Shown piece after piece: positions 15,894 to 29,342 of a DNA stretch of 54,858 bases. The notes beneath the pieces were generated by a model that saw only the letters and a program-made list of their open reading frames with translations, had not been told where the DNA came from and ran no database searches. The stretch spans positions 1 to 54,858 of the forward strand of contig CAXHJY010000910.1 of the NCBI GenBank assembly GCA_964016885.1, given 5' to 3'. The position numbers and the translations under genes were made by a program. The stretch is from Eledone cirrhosa (Eukaryota). Position 1 is the stretch's first letter, and each line of letters begins with the position of its first letter.

Positions 15894-15952
15894 CTTTTAT
15901 CTGATGAAAGCGTACCAAATTTTTGGTATCATTGAAATATATATAATAGAAT
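15894..15952 (+). ncRNA. Type I hammerhead ribozyme in a PLE pLTR fragment (to ~16090)
   Basis: ttttat-CTGATGA-aagc-gtaccaaa/tttggtat-catt-GAAA-t(atat)a-TA/atagaa. Confidence 0.8.
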
Positions 15953-16089
15953 AAATATGGTTTTATAAATATAGTTTCCATTTATTTAATATCATTGAAT
16001 ATTATACTCCAGAAAACTTGTCGAGCGCTCTGAATCAGTTATAAACATTTATATTTGTTGAATTACCAACAAATTGAATATCCCTTCTG

Positions 16090-16137
<48 letters not shown>

Positions 16138-16215
16138 TTTTGCGAGGTTTTTGACAATATTACTACAATATTCTGGCAATATTACTACAACAATATGACC
16201 CTCCCAAGTATAATA

Positions 16216-16620
16216 TATCATCATCATCATCAGGTCGAGCTTGCTCGGCTTTCTACGACACGTTTCCTCCACCCATCTCTGTCTCTCATAGCGTTTGCCA
16301 GTTCTTCCGCAGCGCATCCAGTATCGTCCTCAAGTTGCTTGACGTATGTCTTCTTGTGACGACCAGCGTTTCTTGCTCCATGAGATAGACTCCATAACAA
16401 CACATCACCTGCTATTTCTTCCTTGCTGCGCCAACAGTGGCCAGCAAATCTGAGTCTCTGTCCACGTATTGACCTGCTGATAGGTGGTATATTGCCATAG
16501 AAATCCTTATTTGTTGGGTGTTCCCTCCAAGACACGTTTAAAGCAGCACGGAATCTGTGCTTGTTTATGGCTCTATCACTTGGACGCTAACGTCGAAACT
16601 GGAGAAAAAGCTAGACAGGG
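16216..16620 (-). mobile_element. RTE-type LINE 3' end with (TGA)n tail
   Basis: RLRFAGHCWRSKEEIAGDVLLW..GRHKKTYVKQLEDD..AMRDRDGWRKRV, followed by TGATGATGA. Confidence 0.85.
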
Positions 16621-17071
16621 CATACACACGTATAATATATCTATATATATATATATATATCAAAATGAGCATAATGTAGACAAGAAGAGATAAGAGACTT
16701 TTACAGTAACACTCGGTTTCGATGCATATATATACATATATGACTACAAAACGCACCACACACACATTGTATTGTAGTCATTGTAGATGAGTACAGTTCA
16801 AGGTTAAGTAAGATGGTGATGAAGTGAAAGAGATTAAAAATGATATAAGCCGGTATATGTTTTTCGCTTTACTGTTCGTTTAGAGAAAGAATCTAGGGAG
16901 ATAGTTGCAAGAGATCAGTGTGGTTCAGTTTGATTAATTAGTAAGTGGAAGTAGAAAGGGTGAAATGAAATAAGATCAAATAGAGAGAGAGGGGATTAAA
17001 GTGAACTGAAGTACCATGTGCGGGCACGTAACTCTGGACAAGGAGCCATTTTGCAGAATTATTTGGGATTA

Positions 17072-17115
17072 GCTGTGAGTGCTTTCGGGGTTACAATCCT
17101 TCTTCAGACATGAGC
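17072..17115 (-). ncRNA. Probable minimal hammerhead ribozyme
   Basis: Minus strand tgt-CTGAAGA-aggattgtaacccc-GAAA-g(ca)c-TC/aca; all stems are short. Confidence 0.5.
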
Positions 17116-17164
17116 TCAGATCATTTCATAGACACGTGTACCTTTAACGCAAGTTCTCAGAATG

Positions 17165-17310
17165 ATTCAGTCCTCCCGACGTACTTCCAAACAGTTTCCG
17201 CCTATCCAAATTCACTCGCAAGGCAAGAGTCGATCAAATACTATGGTAAATGAAATTTGTCCGCGGTGCCGTGCAGTGGAATTAAACTCAAGACCTAATG
17301 ATTGCGTTCA
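17165..17310 (-). mobile_element. Diverged tRNA-derived SINE fragment (octopus-type)
   Basis: Minus strand GAGTTTAATTCCACTGCACGGCACC...GCCTTGCGAGTGAATTTGGATAGGCGGAAACTG resembles an abundant octopus SINE as I recall it; degenerate B box. Confidence 0.55.
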
Positions 17311-17321
17311 CTATATATATA

Positions 17322-17352
<31 letters not shown>

Positions 17353-17359
17353 TACATAC

Positions 17360-17427
<68 letters not shown>

Positions 17428-17554
17428 GTAGGTTGTAGTAAATGCGTCCGTAGGCGGTATGCCGTTTGAGCACTTAGCACTCGATGCTCGAGCAGAGCAG
17501 AGTATATTATTATAAATAACGAGGAATCAGTGATGCATTAAAACACAATTTATT

Positions 17555-17648
17555 AACATATTACATATGTTTCTCCGACGATCAGCTCACAGCATGATCT
17601 ATTACAGATCGAACCTGACTCTACATTCGCAAGGTCCTCAGATATATT
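17555..17648 (-). ncRNA. Hammerhead ribozyme with ~60-nt stem II insertion
   Basis: aatatat-CTGAGGA-[~60 nt]-GAAA-c(atat)g-TA/atatgtt; covaries with the 36602-36696 copy. Confidence 0.75.
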
Positions 17649-17947
17649 TAACGTTTTCAAAGCATTTTATCCGAATCGGATATGTAATATATTAATAAAT
17701 TATGTTTTGATGCATCACTGATTCCTCGTTATATATAATATATATATATATATAACAAAGGAATTGTGGTAAGGAACCAGATGGACCATAACGCACCAGA
17801 GTACTCAATACTTAGGGTAGTAGAGTGGGAAATAGGAAAAAGTATGACCCCGACGGCAGAGCTCAAGCCGTTTCGACGGCTATTTCTGGAAATAGATTGA
17901 GCTCTGCTGTCGGGGTCATACTTTTTCCTATATATATATATATATAT

Positions 17948-18232
17948 ATATTAATAAATGGAAACTATATTTATAAAACCATATTTATTTTATTATACAT
18001 ATTTCAAGGGCAACCAAGGCAAATTATGGTGCGCTTTCATCAGATAAAATACAGATTTGGTTTATAAATAAATAAATATCTTTTTTTCCGGGTATGTCAA
18101 TATTTATTTATTTATAAACCAAATCTGTATTTTATCTGATGAAAGCGCACAATAATTTGCCTTGGTTGCCCTTGAAATATGTATAATAAAATAAATATGG
18201 TTTTATAAATATAGTTTCCATTTATTAATATA
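17948..18232. repeat. Inverted repeat of a pLTR with a hammerhead in each arm (17986-18051 minus, 18128-18193 plus)
   Basis: ~125-bp near-perfect arms; tattttat-CTGATGA-aag..ctt-GAAA-t(atgt)a-TA/ataaaata. Confidence 0.9.
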
Positions 18233-18289
18233 TTGTGTATTTACTCCACTAATTTGTTGAGTGCTTTATATCAGTTATATATATATATA

Positions 18290-18490
18290 TGTAAAAGGTA
18301 AACAGAAATAACAACACAATCGGTACAATATATGGAAGGTATGTATTAGGTTAACGCTTGATGATGGCAACATGAAGAACTAGCGTCCGAAACGTTAAGA
18401 CCCTCTTCCTGCTATTTCAAGCGTCAACCTAATACATACCTTCCATATACTGTACCGATTGTGTTGTTATTTCTGTTTACCTTTTACACA
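18290..18490. repeat. Inverted repeat with ~70-bp arms and a partial HHR-like CGAAACGTTA in the loop
   Basis: TGTAAAAGGTAAACAGAAATAACAACACAATCGGTACA and its reverse complement. Confidence 0.8.
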
Positions 18491-18539
18491 CATACATATA
18501 TATATCTATATATATATATCTATACATACATGCACACAT

Positions 18540-19135
18540 ATATATATATGCCCGTATCGGTTTACCGAACATTTATTATAATGCTCGGTTTGTTTGTTTG
18601 TAAACAAACAAACAAACCGAATTACGCCGTACAGTGTTTAGGCAACCACGTCACCTTTTTGTTCAACACTGACACAGGAACGATGTACTAGCTTCAAGCT
18701 TATTAGCTATCGTCAGCATCGTATACCTTCCTGCCAGATGGTTGAACGTCTGAAAGTATATACTTTCCTTATGCATATTAACGGCTGAGCAGCCTAATTT
18801 GCATATCGAGTGAGTTCGGGCACACCGAAAACGATAAATGGAATAGAATGAAACGAAATTTCATTTCTCACTCTTAGTACGGCACTTAAATGTAAGTATG
18901 TATGTATGTACATACATTCGGGCTGTTTGTTTGTTTACAAACAAACAAACCGAGCATTATAATAAATGTTCGGTAAACCGATACGTGCATATATATATGT
19001 GTGCCTGTATGTATATATATACATACTCCTGTACGTCTGTATACATATATGTATGTACGTATACATACTTACATTTAAGTAAGTGCCGTACTAAGAGTGA
19101 GAAATGAAATTTCGTTTCATTCTATTCCATTTATA
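18540..19135. repeat. Interleaved inverted repeats (18540-18610/18925-19000; 18836-18900/19065-19135) with a degenerate HHR at 18680-18722 (minus)
   Basis: Minus strand acgatg-CTGACGA-tagctaataagctt-GAAG-c(ta)g-TA/catcgt. Confidence 0.7.
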
Positions 19136-19141
19136 TATATA

Positions 19142-19519
19142 TCAATATATATAAAAGCAAGTCGGTCTGTGTGTGTGTGTGTGTCTGTCTGTGTACAAAT
19201 ACTAGGCTCCTTTTAACTTTTGAAGTACTCGGCCGATTACAACCAAATTTGGCACACGTATTGCTTATATGCCAGAGCAGATATTGGGGCCGAAAAATCA
19301 ATTTTGTGTGTGTATCTGTCTGTGTACAAATAGTAGGCTCCTTTTAACTTTTGAAGTACTAGGCCGATTTGGCACGTGCTATTGAGGCGACCTCTCATTG
19401 GCTAGCCAATTAGCTGACATAAGCTGACATGCACTCAGAAATTGCTAGCTAAGCCATAAACGACCTTGAACAATTCAGGCTGTCATTCATTTTCCGAGCA
19501 ACGCCGGGTACATCTGCTA

Positions 19520-19520
<1 letters not shown>
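19142..19520 (+). mobile_element. Non-autonomous Helitron-like element
   Basis: A|TC 5' end, internal TG/GTCT microsatellite, 3' CCGAGCAACGCCGG hairpin and CTAG|T; no TSD. Confidence 0.75.
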
Positions 19521-19558
<38 letters not shown>

Positions 19559-19626
19559 AATGTATACATATAACTATATTCATGTATTTGTGTGTGTATG
19601 AGTCTATGCATGCGTGTATGCATAGG

Positions 19627-19670
<44 letters not shown>

Positions 19671-19825
19671 CGTGCGTGCGTAGACAACACATAACTGAAC
19701 AATAAAAACACATTAAACGCAGTTTTTAATCGTCCCAGGAATTTCTACAATCTGAAGATTAAGACTGATATATATTAAATGGCGTAAAACAATGGAAAGT
19801 AGAAATAACAGAAGCAATAGTTGTA

Positions 19826-19875
<50 letters not shown>

Positions 19876-19899
19876 TTGGTGGTAGTAGCATTAGTGGTG

Positions 19900-19960
<61 letters not shown>

Positions 19961-20082
19961 TAGCAGCAGCAGTAGCAGTAGCAGCAGCCTGTTGCTGCTG
20001 CTACTGCTACTCTAGTAGTAGTAGTAGTATTAGTAGTAGTAGTATTACTAGTAGTAGTAGTATTACTAGTAGTAGTAGTAGG
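19826..20082. repeat. (GTA)n/(GCA)n trinucleotide microsatellite
   Basis: Directly visible. Confidence 0.95.
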
Positions 20083-20119
20083 TGGAGGTTGTGAAGCGAA
20101 CTCCCTAAACACAGTGTTA

Positions 20120-20550
20120 TGGTTTCACTTTTAAAAATAATATTCTTATAGATATATACAGTATATTTAAAAAGTGAAAATGAAGAGAAGGGCAAGGGCT
20201 TTAGGATCACAGAAGAATGGGAAGGGGAAGAATGGAAAGGGGAAGAATGGCAGGGTGATGGGCTCTGGGCCTAGGGTGAGGTGGTGTTGGTGCTGCGCCC
20301 CGCGGACAAGCCCGCAAAAGCAGGCCAACGACACCCGTTGCAACAACCACCCACCTCGTGGAGCTCCTTCCTCAGATGGGCTGCTGACATGCTGATCTTG
20401 CGGAGGAGCTCAGCTGTACGGGGTCCAAGTACGCCTGAATCTCGACAGCGACGGGTGCGAAGAGAAAGCGACCGGACAATCCCCGGTATTTGTTGGTCTT
20501 CCTTTCCTCTGCATTGTGGGCTGCAGTACCGGGATTTGTGGCCGAAGCGA
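20120..20550 (-). mobile_element. Second short 3' fragment of a CRE-like element
   Basis: Colinear with 14640-14890 (ACAACCACCCACCTCGT, CCCCGGTATTTG, TTTGTGGCCGAAGC shared). Confidence 0.75.
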
Positions 20551-21196
20551 CTAATTCTTCTTTACATATATATAGTAATACACTTTTATTTATTTACCCA
20601 CTGTAACAAGTGTGTAGACTCCTGTCATTATGACGGGTAACACTCTAGTTATTTACATTATTTATGAAATAACACCGCTCTATCACTGTGTTTAATGCAA
20701 GTGTCAGTTTTATGAGCAATTTGTGTTGTTTACCTCTTAACCCAGTTATCACACTTGCTTTCTATACCACCCAACCTACCACCCTCTGCCTCCCAGCACT
20801 AACCCTTAAGATTTCCAGCGCCACGTTGGGAGAAGTAGCATCCATTTTTGGAATCACTGACTTAATTACTACCACATTGTTAATCAGGGTTATACATTAA
20901 CCATAATAATACGCCATATGTGTTTGCATATATATTTATATGTGTCTGTAAATTCTTAAGTTTACAAACACATACATACGTGCACACATATGCAAAATGC
21001 ATTTCCTATTTCACACAAACACACTCATTTATATGTATATATATATATATATGTGTGTGTATGTGGGTGTGGTGTTATTGATAGAAATGGAGGTTGTATG
21101 GTTGTGATGTAATGGATGTATGTGTGTGTGAATAAGTGTCTGTCTGCTATTATCATGTGTTCATGAAGATGTTTCCTAGTCTGTGTTTAGTGTATA

Positions 21197-21774
21197 CTAG
21201 CAGTGGTACCCGGCGTTGCACGGGATAAGGTATTGTGAAATATATAACCGCCTTAGCTAAGCTTAGTATTGCTACAACCACGGCTGGCAAAGAAGTAAGG
21301 GTCTGGTGGTACGTAAGTAAGCAACACTGTGGCTTAAAACGTGAGGAAGAAGTTGTGTGCACTTACCAACTGGTTGGGGAATGAGTGTGAGATTTGTCTT
21401 GAGCAAGGGTGGCGGAATAACCGGAGGCAGCAGACAGCCAGACGTACAGACAGATATTATAAGGGCGCGTTCTGTGCGCAGAGCGAATTGTAGGAAGTGA
21501 CGTAATGCAGACAGCCAGACATACAGATTGATATTATAAGGGCGCGACGTTATATATATGTATCTATCTAAAAAGAGAAAGACTAAGAATTATAGAGAGA
21601 GATCGCTAAATCGCCTAATGAGGTCCCTAGAGCATTGAAAATTTGATTTTCACTCCCTGAAACATAAGTGTTACATGTGTAAAGTTTGAAAACAGTCGGC
21701 TGGGTGCTTCTCTAGTTTTAGGGATTCAAACTCACACACACAGAGACAGACATCCTCAATTTTATATATATAGA
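21197..21774 (-). mobile_element. Non-autonomous Helitron-like element
   Basis: Minus strand A|TCTATATATATAAAA ... CCCGTGCAACGCCGGGTACCACTGCTAG|T. Confidence 0.75.
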
Positions 21775-22479
21775 TGTGCTTCTCTGACTTGTAATTCTAC
21801 ACACAGAAACACTGCCTCACTGAAACGCATTGAACTCGTACGCACATACACATACACGCGCGCAGACACACACACATAATATATATATTATGAATCATGC
21901 TATGTTTGTAGCACTAACAATAGCGCGTGATTCGTGTAACGGTTGTGTTTCAAGGCATATACGATATGTTTATTTATAATAAACACTGAAGAGTCTTGCT
22001 ATGAGTATTTTAAGCTGTGGTTACACCACAGCTATATAAGTAATTGTACGAGGATGCCACACATGTGTTTCTGAATTTTCATCTATCAACAGTGACATTT
22101 ACTCACTCGGTACTGAGACAAGAATACGCTGTGAAACATCGGTTTACTTAGTTGTCTACAGTAGATTATTTTAGATAAATGTTATATTTTTTAATCCAAA
22201 TGAAAATAAAAATTACATTTTGCTAATATCAGGTTATAATTCTATTACCTGGTAAAATTTGATTTGATTTAGTCGAGCCGTTTCAGATGGTATAAGAAAA
22301 AGACAGACAGTGAGACAAAGAATTGTATGCAGAGAAAGATTTTAAAAAAACATTATATATGACAAAAATTCAATATTTACGAACGTACACTATATAATTA
22401 CTGATTTCCCAAGCCCACCCTCTATTATTTGGGATCTGAGACTGCCACAAAACTCTCCTACTCGCTATGTTAAAACTCT

Positions 22480-23300
22480 ATTTTAACCCCCTTCTCTGTA
22501 TCTACTAAAACCAAACTCTACCCCTTTCTATATCTACTACATGGCACTCTCCCATTCTTCTTCTCTGTATATCTACAACCACCAAATTCTCCCCCTCTCT
22601 ATATCTATTACATGGTACTCTCTTCCAGACCACCTCTCTATATCAATTAACACCAAACTCTCCCCCTCTATACCAACTACACGGAACTCTCTTCCAATAC
22701 CCCTCTCTATTTCAATAAACATCAATCTCTCCCCTCTCCCAATCCCCCTCACTATATTGATTACCACCGAACTATTCCCCTCTTTATATCCACCATACAC
22801 ACTCTCTCATTCCTCCCAGTCTATCTATCACTATCAAACTCTCCCCCTCTCTATATCTATCAATGCCTATCTCTATCAATTCTCTCACTCTATTCATTAC
22901 TGCCAAACCTTCGCCCTCTCTTCATCAACCACACAACACTCTCTTCCAATCCCCCTCTCTATATTAATTTGCACCAACCTCTCCTTCTCTCTATATCTAC
23001 TACACGGATCTTTTCCAATATCCCTCTCTACATCAATTAACCCCCAACTCTCTCTTTCTGTACATGTACTTTACGGAACTCTCTTCCAAGCCCCCTCGCT
23101 ATATCAATTAACGCCAAATTCTCCTCTTCTGTATATCTCCTACAGGGAACTCTCTTCAAATTCCTCTCTCTATATATCAATAAATATCAACTAATCCCCC
23201 TCTCTATATCTAATATACAATACACTCTCCCAACCTTCCTCTCTATATCAATTACCAACAAACTCTCCCCCTCTCTATATCTATATCTATCTCTTCCATC
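22480..23300. repeat. Degenerate ~70-bp CT-rich tandem repeat
   Basis: CCAAACTCTCCCCCTCTCTATATCTA..ACGGAACTCTCTTCCAA recurs at ~70-bp spacing (22511, 22582, 22653 and onward). Confidence 0.85.
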
Positions 23301-23430
23301 TGTCTCTACGTAACATGTACAGAAATTGTAGCGCATATACAAATAGATGTGTGTTTTGGTAATTTGGGGAGAAAAATATAATTATTGTGCCTACCCCTAC
23401 CTCCTGGCTCTCCCAGTTTCACCGCCCCTG

Positions 23431-23461
<31 letters not shown>

Positions 23462-23558
23462 GCAGTTATACCCAAAGTAAGTAGAGCACCCAGTCAAAGG
23501 AAGAGAGTTCGGTATAGAGTTAGTTTCACAATAAATAACCAAAACTTAATTGAGATAA

Positions 23559-23595
<37 letters not shown>

Positions 23596-23940
23596 GGAAG
23601 CAGAAAATTGCTTATTGTGATCCAGTTCAGTTTGTCACTCTACTTCCTAACTCTTCTCCCCCTTCCTCTCTCTCTATACTATTCCGTTTGTCCCCTCACC
23701 TTATAATTCCTCTTCCTCTCACTCTATACTAGTAAATACAATTCCAAAAAAATGTTTTTCTCTATATATTAAGAACTATTTCAAGAGTAACTTACTTACT
23801 ATTTTGAAAATTTGGACGTGAACAACAATTATAATTGAGTGGCTGCTATTTGCAGTATAGCAATATAAGGTTGCACTTACCAATGAAACGGTCGTAAATA
23901 CCCGGATAAAATCCTTCTCTTAATGCTTACCTGTGTTTTC

Positions 23941-24000
<60 letters not shown>

Positions 24001-24003
24001 GAG

Positions 24004-24074
<71 letters not shown>

Positions 24075-24134
24075 GTGAGGTTTTTTTACAAAATGAAAAA
24101 AAAAATGAGCTGTCCTACACGAATAAAAGTATAA

Positions 24135-24372
24135 GGAAAAAAGATGAAATCGAAAATGCAACTGGAGGTTTATATATTTATTTGGTTCCTTTACCGGTTT
24201 CGCAGTTCTTCTGCTTTTCAAAAGTAGAATTGATGTGAGAAAAACCACAAAACCTTCATCTCAATTCTACTTTTGAAAAGCAGGAGAACTGAGAAACTGG
24301 TAAAGGAACCAAATAAATAGATATTTTTTATAAAAAAAGACTCCAGTTGCATTTTCGATTTCATCTTTTTGC
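24135..24372. repeat. Inverted repeat with U3-A8 variant hammerheads (24188-24225 minus, 24269-24306 plus)
   Basis: ctt-TTGAAAA-gcag(aagaa)ctgc-GAAA-ccgg-TA/aag; same family as 51418 and 52403. Confidence 0.75.
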
Positions 24373-24373
24373 C

Positions 24374-24439
<66 letters not shown>

Positions 24440-24440
<1 letters not shown>

Positions 24441-24605
24441 TGAAATTCTACAGGACTAGAACTGTTTCATTCTTTAGAAATCATCAGGAATCCTGATGAT
24501 TTCTAGTCCTGTAGAATCTCCTCTATATTAAAACTTTTATACTCTGCAATGTATTGAGTACCTTACTTACTGTGGTTACCTCCGATTCAACCCGGAATAA
24601 CGTAT
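24440..24605. mobile_element. Head-to-head pLTR junction: HHR on minus (24452-24494) and an internally deleted HHR on plus
   Basis: Palindromic GAAATCATCAGGAATCCTGATGATTTC; downstream sequence matches the reverse complement of 10045-10110. Confidence 0.65.
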
Positions 24606-24631
24606 ATATATATATATTTTCTTATTTTACG

Positions 24632-24872
<241 letters not shown>

Positions 24873-24982
24873 ATTGTTCTGCATCCTCCTGCATTGAACC
24901 ACCTAGGTACTATGACATAACCTGTGTATTTGCTGGCATTAGCGTACATCTGTGCGCTTATGTTAGTAGATATATTAAATTA

Positions 24983-25026
<44 letters not shown>

Positions 25027-25057
25027 CATACATACATACATACATACATACATACAT

Positions 25058-25104
<47 letters not shown>

Positions 25105-25144
25105 CACATATATATATATACTGTATATATATATATATACTGTA

Positions 25145-26052
25145 CTAGCAGTAAAGCCCAGCGTTGCTCGGGGTCGCTCAGTAGCTGTGTTAAAGTTACA
25201 ATGTTAAGTTTCTTTTTTGGCTTAAAAACTGTAGTGTCTACTGTGCAGACTTGCATGTGGTGTTTTTGATTAATATTCCCTCAACCAACAATATGCCTTA
25301 TGAAGTTAAGAAAACATAACGATAACCCGAATGTTATAACAAAAGAGGATGCTGGGGATAAAAACTGCACTGGTTATTTATTAACAAAGATCGAAAATGT
25401 AAACACTGCAACGCAGAGAAAAACATTAGCGTAACCAAATTATCAGTTATGTCTGTCTGCACGCCTATATCACCTCTCTGCACGACTGTCTGTCTGCACG
25501 CCTATATCACCTCTCTGCACGACTGTCTGTCTGCACGCCTATATCACCTCTCTGCACAACTGTCTGTCTGCACGCCTATATCACCTCTCTGCACGACTGT
25601 CTGTCTGCACGACTGTCTGTCTGCACGCCTAACGACGAAATATTTGCTTGTTTTACGTAGTCTTTAAATAGACTTGTTTTCAAGTAAAAATATTGTTTTA
25701 AAATGCTTTTAAATGGAAATGAAGCAAAACGGAAGCTTAGTGTTCGAACTGATGAATTTTGCAGGTCAATATTTTTTAAACGCTGAGAAAGCCAGCGTAA
25801 TTTTTTACGTAAGACGCTCAATGTAAACAGAACAAAGGGAAATAACTGATAACTTACGCTCAAAAATCGATACATTATATTCGATTTCGTCACATAGGGT
25901 GGGTCAATTTGAAATATTTTTTTTCCGATGTCTTCGCTAGGGCTCAATGTACAAGTATAGCAATTTCGGTGCAATTCAGTGAGAGATTCTAAGAGGAGAT
26001 GTGTGCCAAAAATCGATAGACAGACAGACAACCACAGTTTTATATATATAGA
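25145..26052 (-). mobile_element. Non-autonomous Helitron-like element containing a 37-bp minisatellite (25451-25630)
   Basis: Minus strand A|TCTATATATAT ... CCCCGAGCAACGCTGGGCTTTACTGCTAG|T; unit CTGTCTGTCTGCACGCCTATATCACCTCTCTGCACGA. Confidence 0.75.
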
Positions 26053-26093
26053 TGACAGTGGAAAATTGCAAACTTGACTGTCACCACACAATA

Positions 26094-26132
26094 TGAACCT
26101 GAACATTGCGAAAGCATGAAAGTACTTGTTCA
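26094..26132 (+). ncRNA. Degenerate minimal hammerhead (G8C)
   Basis: tgaac-CTGAACA-ttgc(gaaa)gcat-GAAA-g(ta)c-TT/gttca; the sister copy at 32229-32267 has intact CTGAAGA. Confidence 0.65.
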
Positions 26133-26546
26133 ATTAACATTTAACATATAATATTCTACCATACTATTTCATTTTGTTCTAATTAGCTTGCCAAGTCATG
26201 CTGACAGGAAATAGTATAGAAATTCCATTCTATTTCTAATGTAAAAGAGTGAAGGTTAGGTGGATAAAGAGTTGTCTCCCTTTAAAAGGGTTTGAACATG
26301 TATGTCTTAGTGTGTGTATGTGTCTGTGAGAGAATGCGTGAAAGTGTAAGCATGCGTGTGTGTGTGAGTATGAGAGGATATGTTTATATGTAAATGTGGG
26401 GGCTAGATGCTCTATCATGTTAAAACTGGTCTATGTGTGTGTATGTGTGTGTGTGTAAGAGAATAAGTAAAGGTGTGAGCGTGCGTGTGTGTGTGCGTGT
26501 GTGTGAGAGGATACGTGGAGGTGTAAGTGTGGGGCTAGGTGCTCTA

Positions 26547-28915
26547 TCATGTTAAAAATTGGGTATTGAGTTCTAGTCTGTTATTGATTGGTGGTTGCGT
26601 TTTGTCTATAATTAGTGCTTCTTTAATTCTAAGATTGCCGAGGTTTCTTTCCTTAGCTTCTATCCTAACTATTATGTTTTTGTCGGTGTTTTTGCATTTC
26701 CCTAGGTGTTTTTTAAATGAGAAAGCATTAGTGTTGAGGTGTTCTTTTATTCTTATGTGAAGTGGTCTCGTGGTGCTACCTATGTAGAAATTGCTGAATT
26801 TGTCGCACTCTAATCTGTATACGACGTAAGCCTGGTGGCATAGGTCTGTGTCGTCGATGGGGCAGTTGGCCAGCGTGCAGTGGCTGTCATGTCTGGTGGA
26901 GTGTCTCTTGGTTAGCTGTCCGTGTAGAGAAGGTCCTGAGTGGGCTTGCTGGATACCTAGTCCCTCTCGTCTGATAGCTCTGCGGTTGGCTGTTGTAGTT
27001 TCAACACTGAAGTGTGGGAGCTTTAGGAAGCAGGTGTTAGTGTCGCGGGTGTGGTGTCTTCTGTTGTTTCTGGCACGGTTTGCGGTGGACGTCGGGTATC
27101 CGTTCAGTTTGAGTACTTCCAGGAAATGTGTGGTGTGTGTTTCTCGGTCTCTTGCGTCGGTGCATTTGTTCCGGATACGTGTTAGTTCGTTCCTTATGTA
27201 TCCGAACTTAGCACTGAATGGGAGGGCTGCTCTGAAATGTACGAACAGGTCCCTACTGGCGGCTTTTTTTATAGAAGCAGGTGTGGATGTCACCTTCCTC
27301 TGTTACCCTGAGCTGGAAGTCCAATAGGATAGGGATCTGCGGTCATCGGGGTGTTCCATGCTGAACTTTATATTGGCGTCCATGCTAGAGAATGTCATGT
27401 ATATATTATTCGCTTCTTCACGGGATGATGTAAGGATGACTATGTCAACTACATATCGGGTGAAGAAGGTATAGCAATGGCAGGTGTTGAGGGCTCGGCA
27501 TTCCAGCTGGTTCATATAAGGTTGGATCCCATGGGTTTACACCTGCTGTCTGTCTGTATGTGTGGTGGTGAAATGTGAAGTATGTGTTATCTACTGTGAA
27601 GGACAAAAGCTGGTGTATGTCCCTCGGATGGAGGCCGTAGCATTGGACGTCTTCGGCGACTACGCAGTCCGTCAATAAATCGACAGCTGGATGAGCGGGG
27701 ACTGTAGTGTAGAGGGAGAAGACAACGTCGAGGCTAAAGGCGTATCTATTGAGTTTAAGTTGTTCTGGCTGGATTTGGTGTAGTCTACGTATGACCTCGT
27801 CGGAGCTACTGACATGCCCGGGAAAGGTGGAGAGTAGAGGCTTGAGGACCTGGGAGAGGAGCCAGGAAATTTTGTATAGGGGTCCTTCTATGCTAGAGAC
27901 GATGGGTCTTATTTGTGTCTTAATACTATTCTTGTAGGTTTTGATAAGGTGATAGAAAGTGGGCAGTCTGCTATTTCTAGTGATGTAATTGGACTTAAAT
28001 TTATTTGGGAGTTGTCTTCTACTACAGATGTCGAACCAGATGGTGTTGGCCTGTTTGTCGATCTGGGCTGCAGTCATGTCCGGGATCTCTGTATATAGTT
28101 AATTGTCGCTTAGGTGTTCAAAGGCTAGGTTGTTGTATGTGGCTTGAGAGATGACACAAAACTCTTTACCTTTGTCGGATGGTAAGTATATGAGTTCCCT
28201 ATTCCGCAGGTTCTTCATGGCGAGTTGTTGCGTCCTGGAGAGGTTTGAGGCTATCTTCTTCTGTTTCCGTAAGATGTTAAATACGGAATGTTTTAGCCTC
28301 GAGAGTTTTTCTTCTAGCTCGCGGTTGGCAGGCGGTGGACAGAGTGGGCGGTCCAGTTGGTATATCGGGAATCTGGTTGTGTTAGATTATGTGGTGTTGT
28401 TGCCGAGGGTTGATATCCATTTAGCTTGGTAGGCGGCCCGTCAGAAATTCGTTTCTATGTTGAGCCATAACTTGTCGTCCAGTCTCAATATGAACTTGGG
28501 ACCCAGGCTGAAGAAGTCTAGTTCATATCGAGAGAGGGATCCTGTCAAGTCTGTGACGAGGTGTTTTGTATCAGGTGCGTTGTTGGTCGGGGCGCCGCTA
28601 GGTTCGATGTTGGTACCGTCTTGTTTGCCTCTGTTGGTGCTTAGAGTTGAGATGTTGTTAGGACGGTCAGCCGTGCTGAGTTTGAGAAATGTTTGCTTTA
28701 GGCGTATTTTCTCGTAATCTCGGCGATGGTGGTATGACCTGTCTATATCGGCGGAAATTACTCTGAGCAGAGGTTCTGGGGTTTCAGCGAGTTGTGGTAC
28801 TAGGCTAGAAATTGTCCGTAAGTGTTGTTGTAACGTGCGGTGTAGGTGTTGTAGGAGTTTTCTTAGGCAGAATTTTTGTATGCAGCTAAGTGATCGTTTG
28901 GTAGGTGCAGGCTTT
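26547..28915 (-). pseudogene. Largely complete but disrupted Penelope-like element: N-terminal DKG motif, RT and GIY-YIG
   Basis: YLPSDKGKEFCVI; RPIVSSIEGPLYKISWLL; FSLDVV.SLYTTVP; RYVVDIVIL (YVDD decayed); VVYRLEC..FYIGSTTRPLHIRIKEHL..EALII..PPINN; ~130-bp tandem duplication of the ORF end at 26395/26530. Confidence 0.92.
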
Positions 28916-28934
28916 TGATAGTTTTTGGGATGAT

Positions 28935-28951
28935 GTTATTCATATATATAT

Positions 28952-29031
<80 letters not shown>

Positions 29032-29036
29032 ATATA

Positions 29037-29083
<47 letters not shown>

Positions 29084-29116
29084 ATATATATATGTGTATA
29101 TATATATGTGTATATA

Positions 29117-29173
<57 letters not shown>

Positions 29174-29183
29174 ATATATATAT

Positions 29184-29243
<60 letters not shown>

Positions 29244-29248
29244 ATATA

Positions 29249-29340
<92 letters not shown>
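28935..29340. repeat. (TA)n microsatellite
   Basis: Directly visible. Confidence 0.95.

Positions 29341-29342
<2 letters not shown>

Noticed and set aside
17833-17930. GCCGTCGAAACGGCTT hairpin as a hammerhead (also 29730-29790)
   Set aside because: Only a GAAAC half is present, with no CUGANGA and no valid stem III/NUH; at most a truncated pLTR
22541-23194. 217-aa Ser/Leu/Pro-rich ORF
   Set aside because: Product of the degenerate ~70-bp CT-rich tandem repeat
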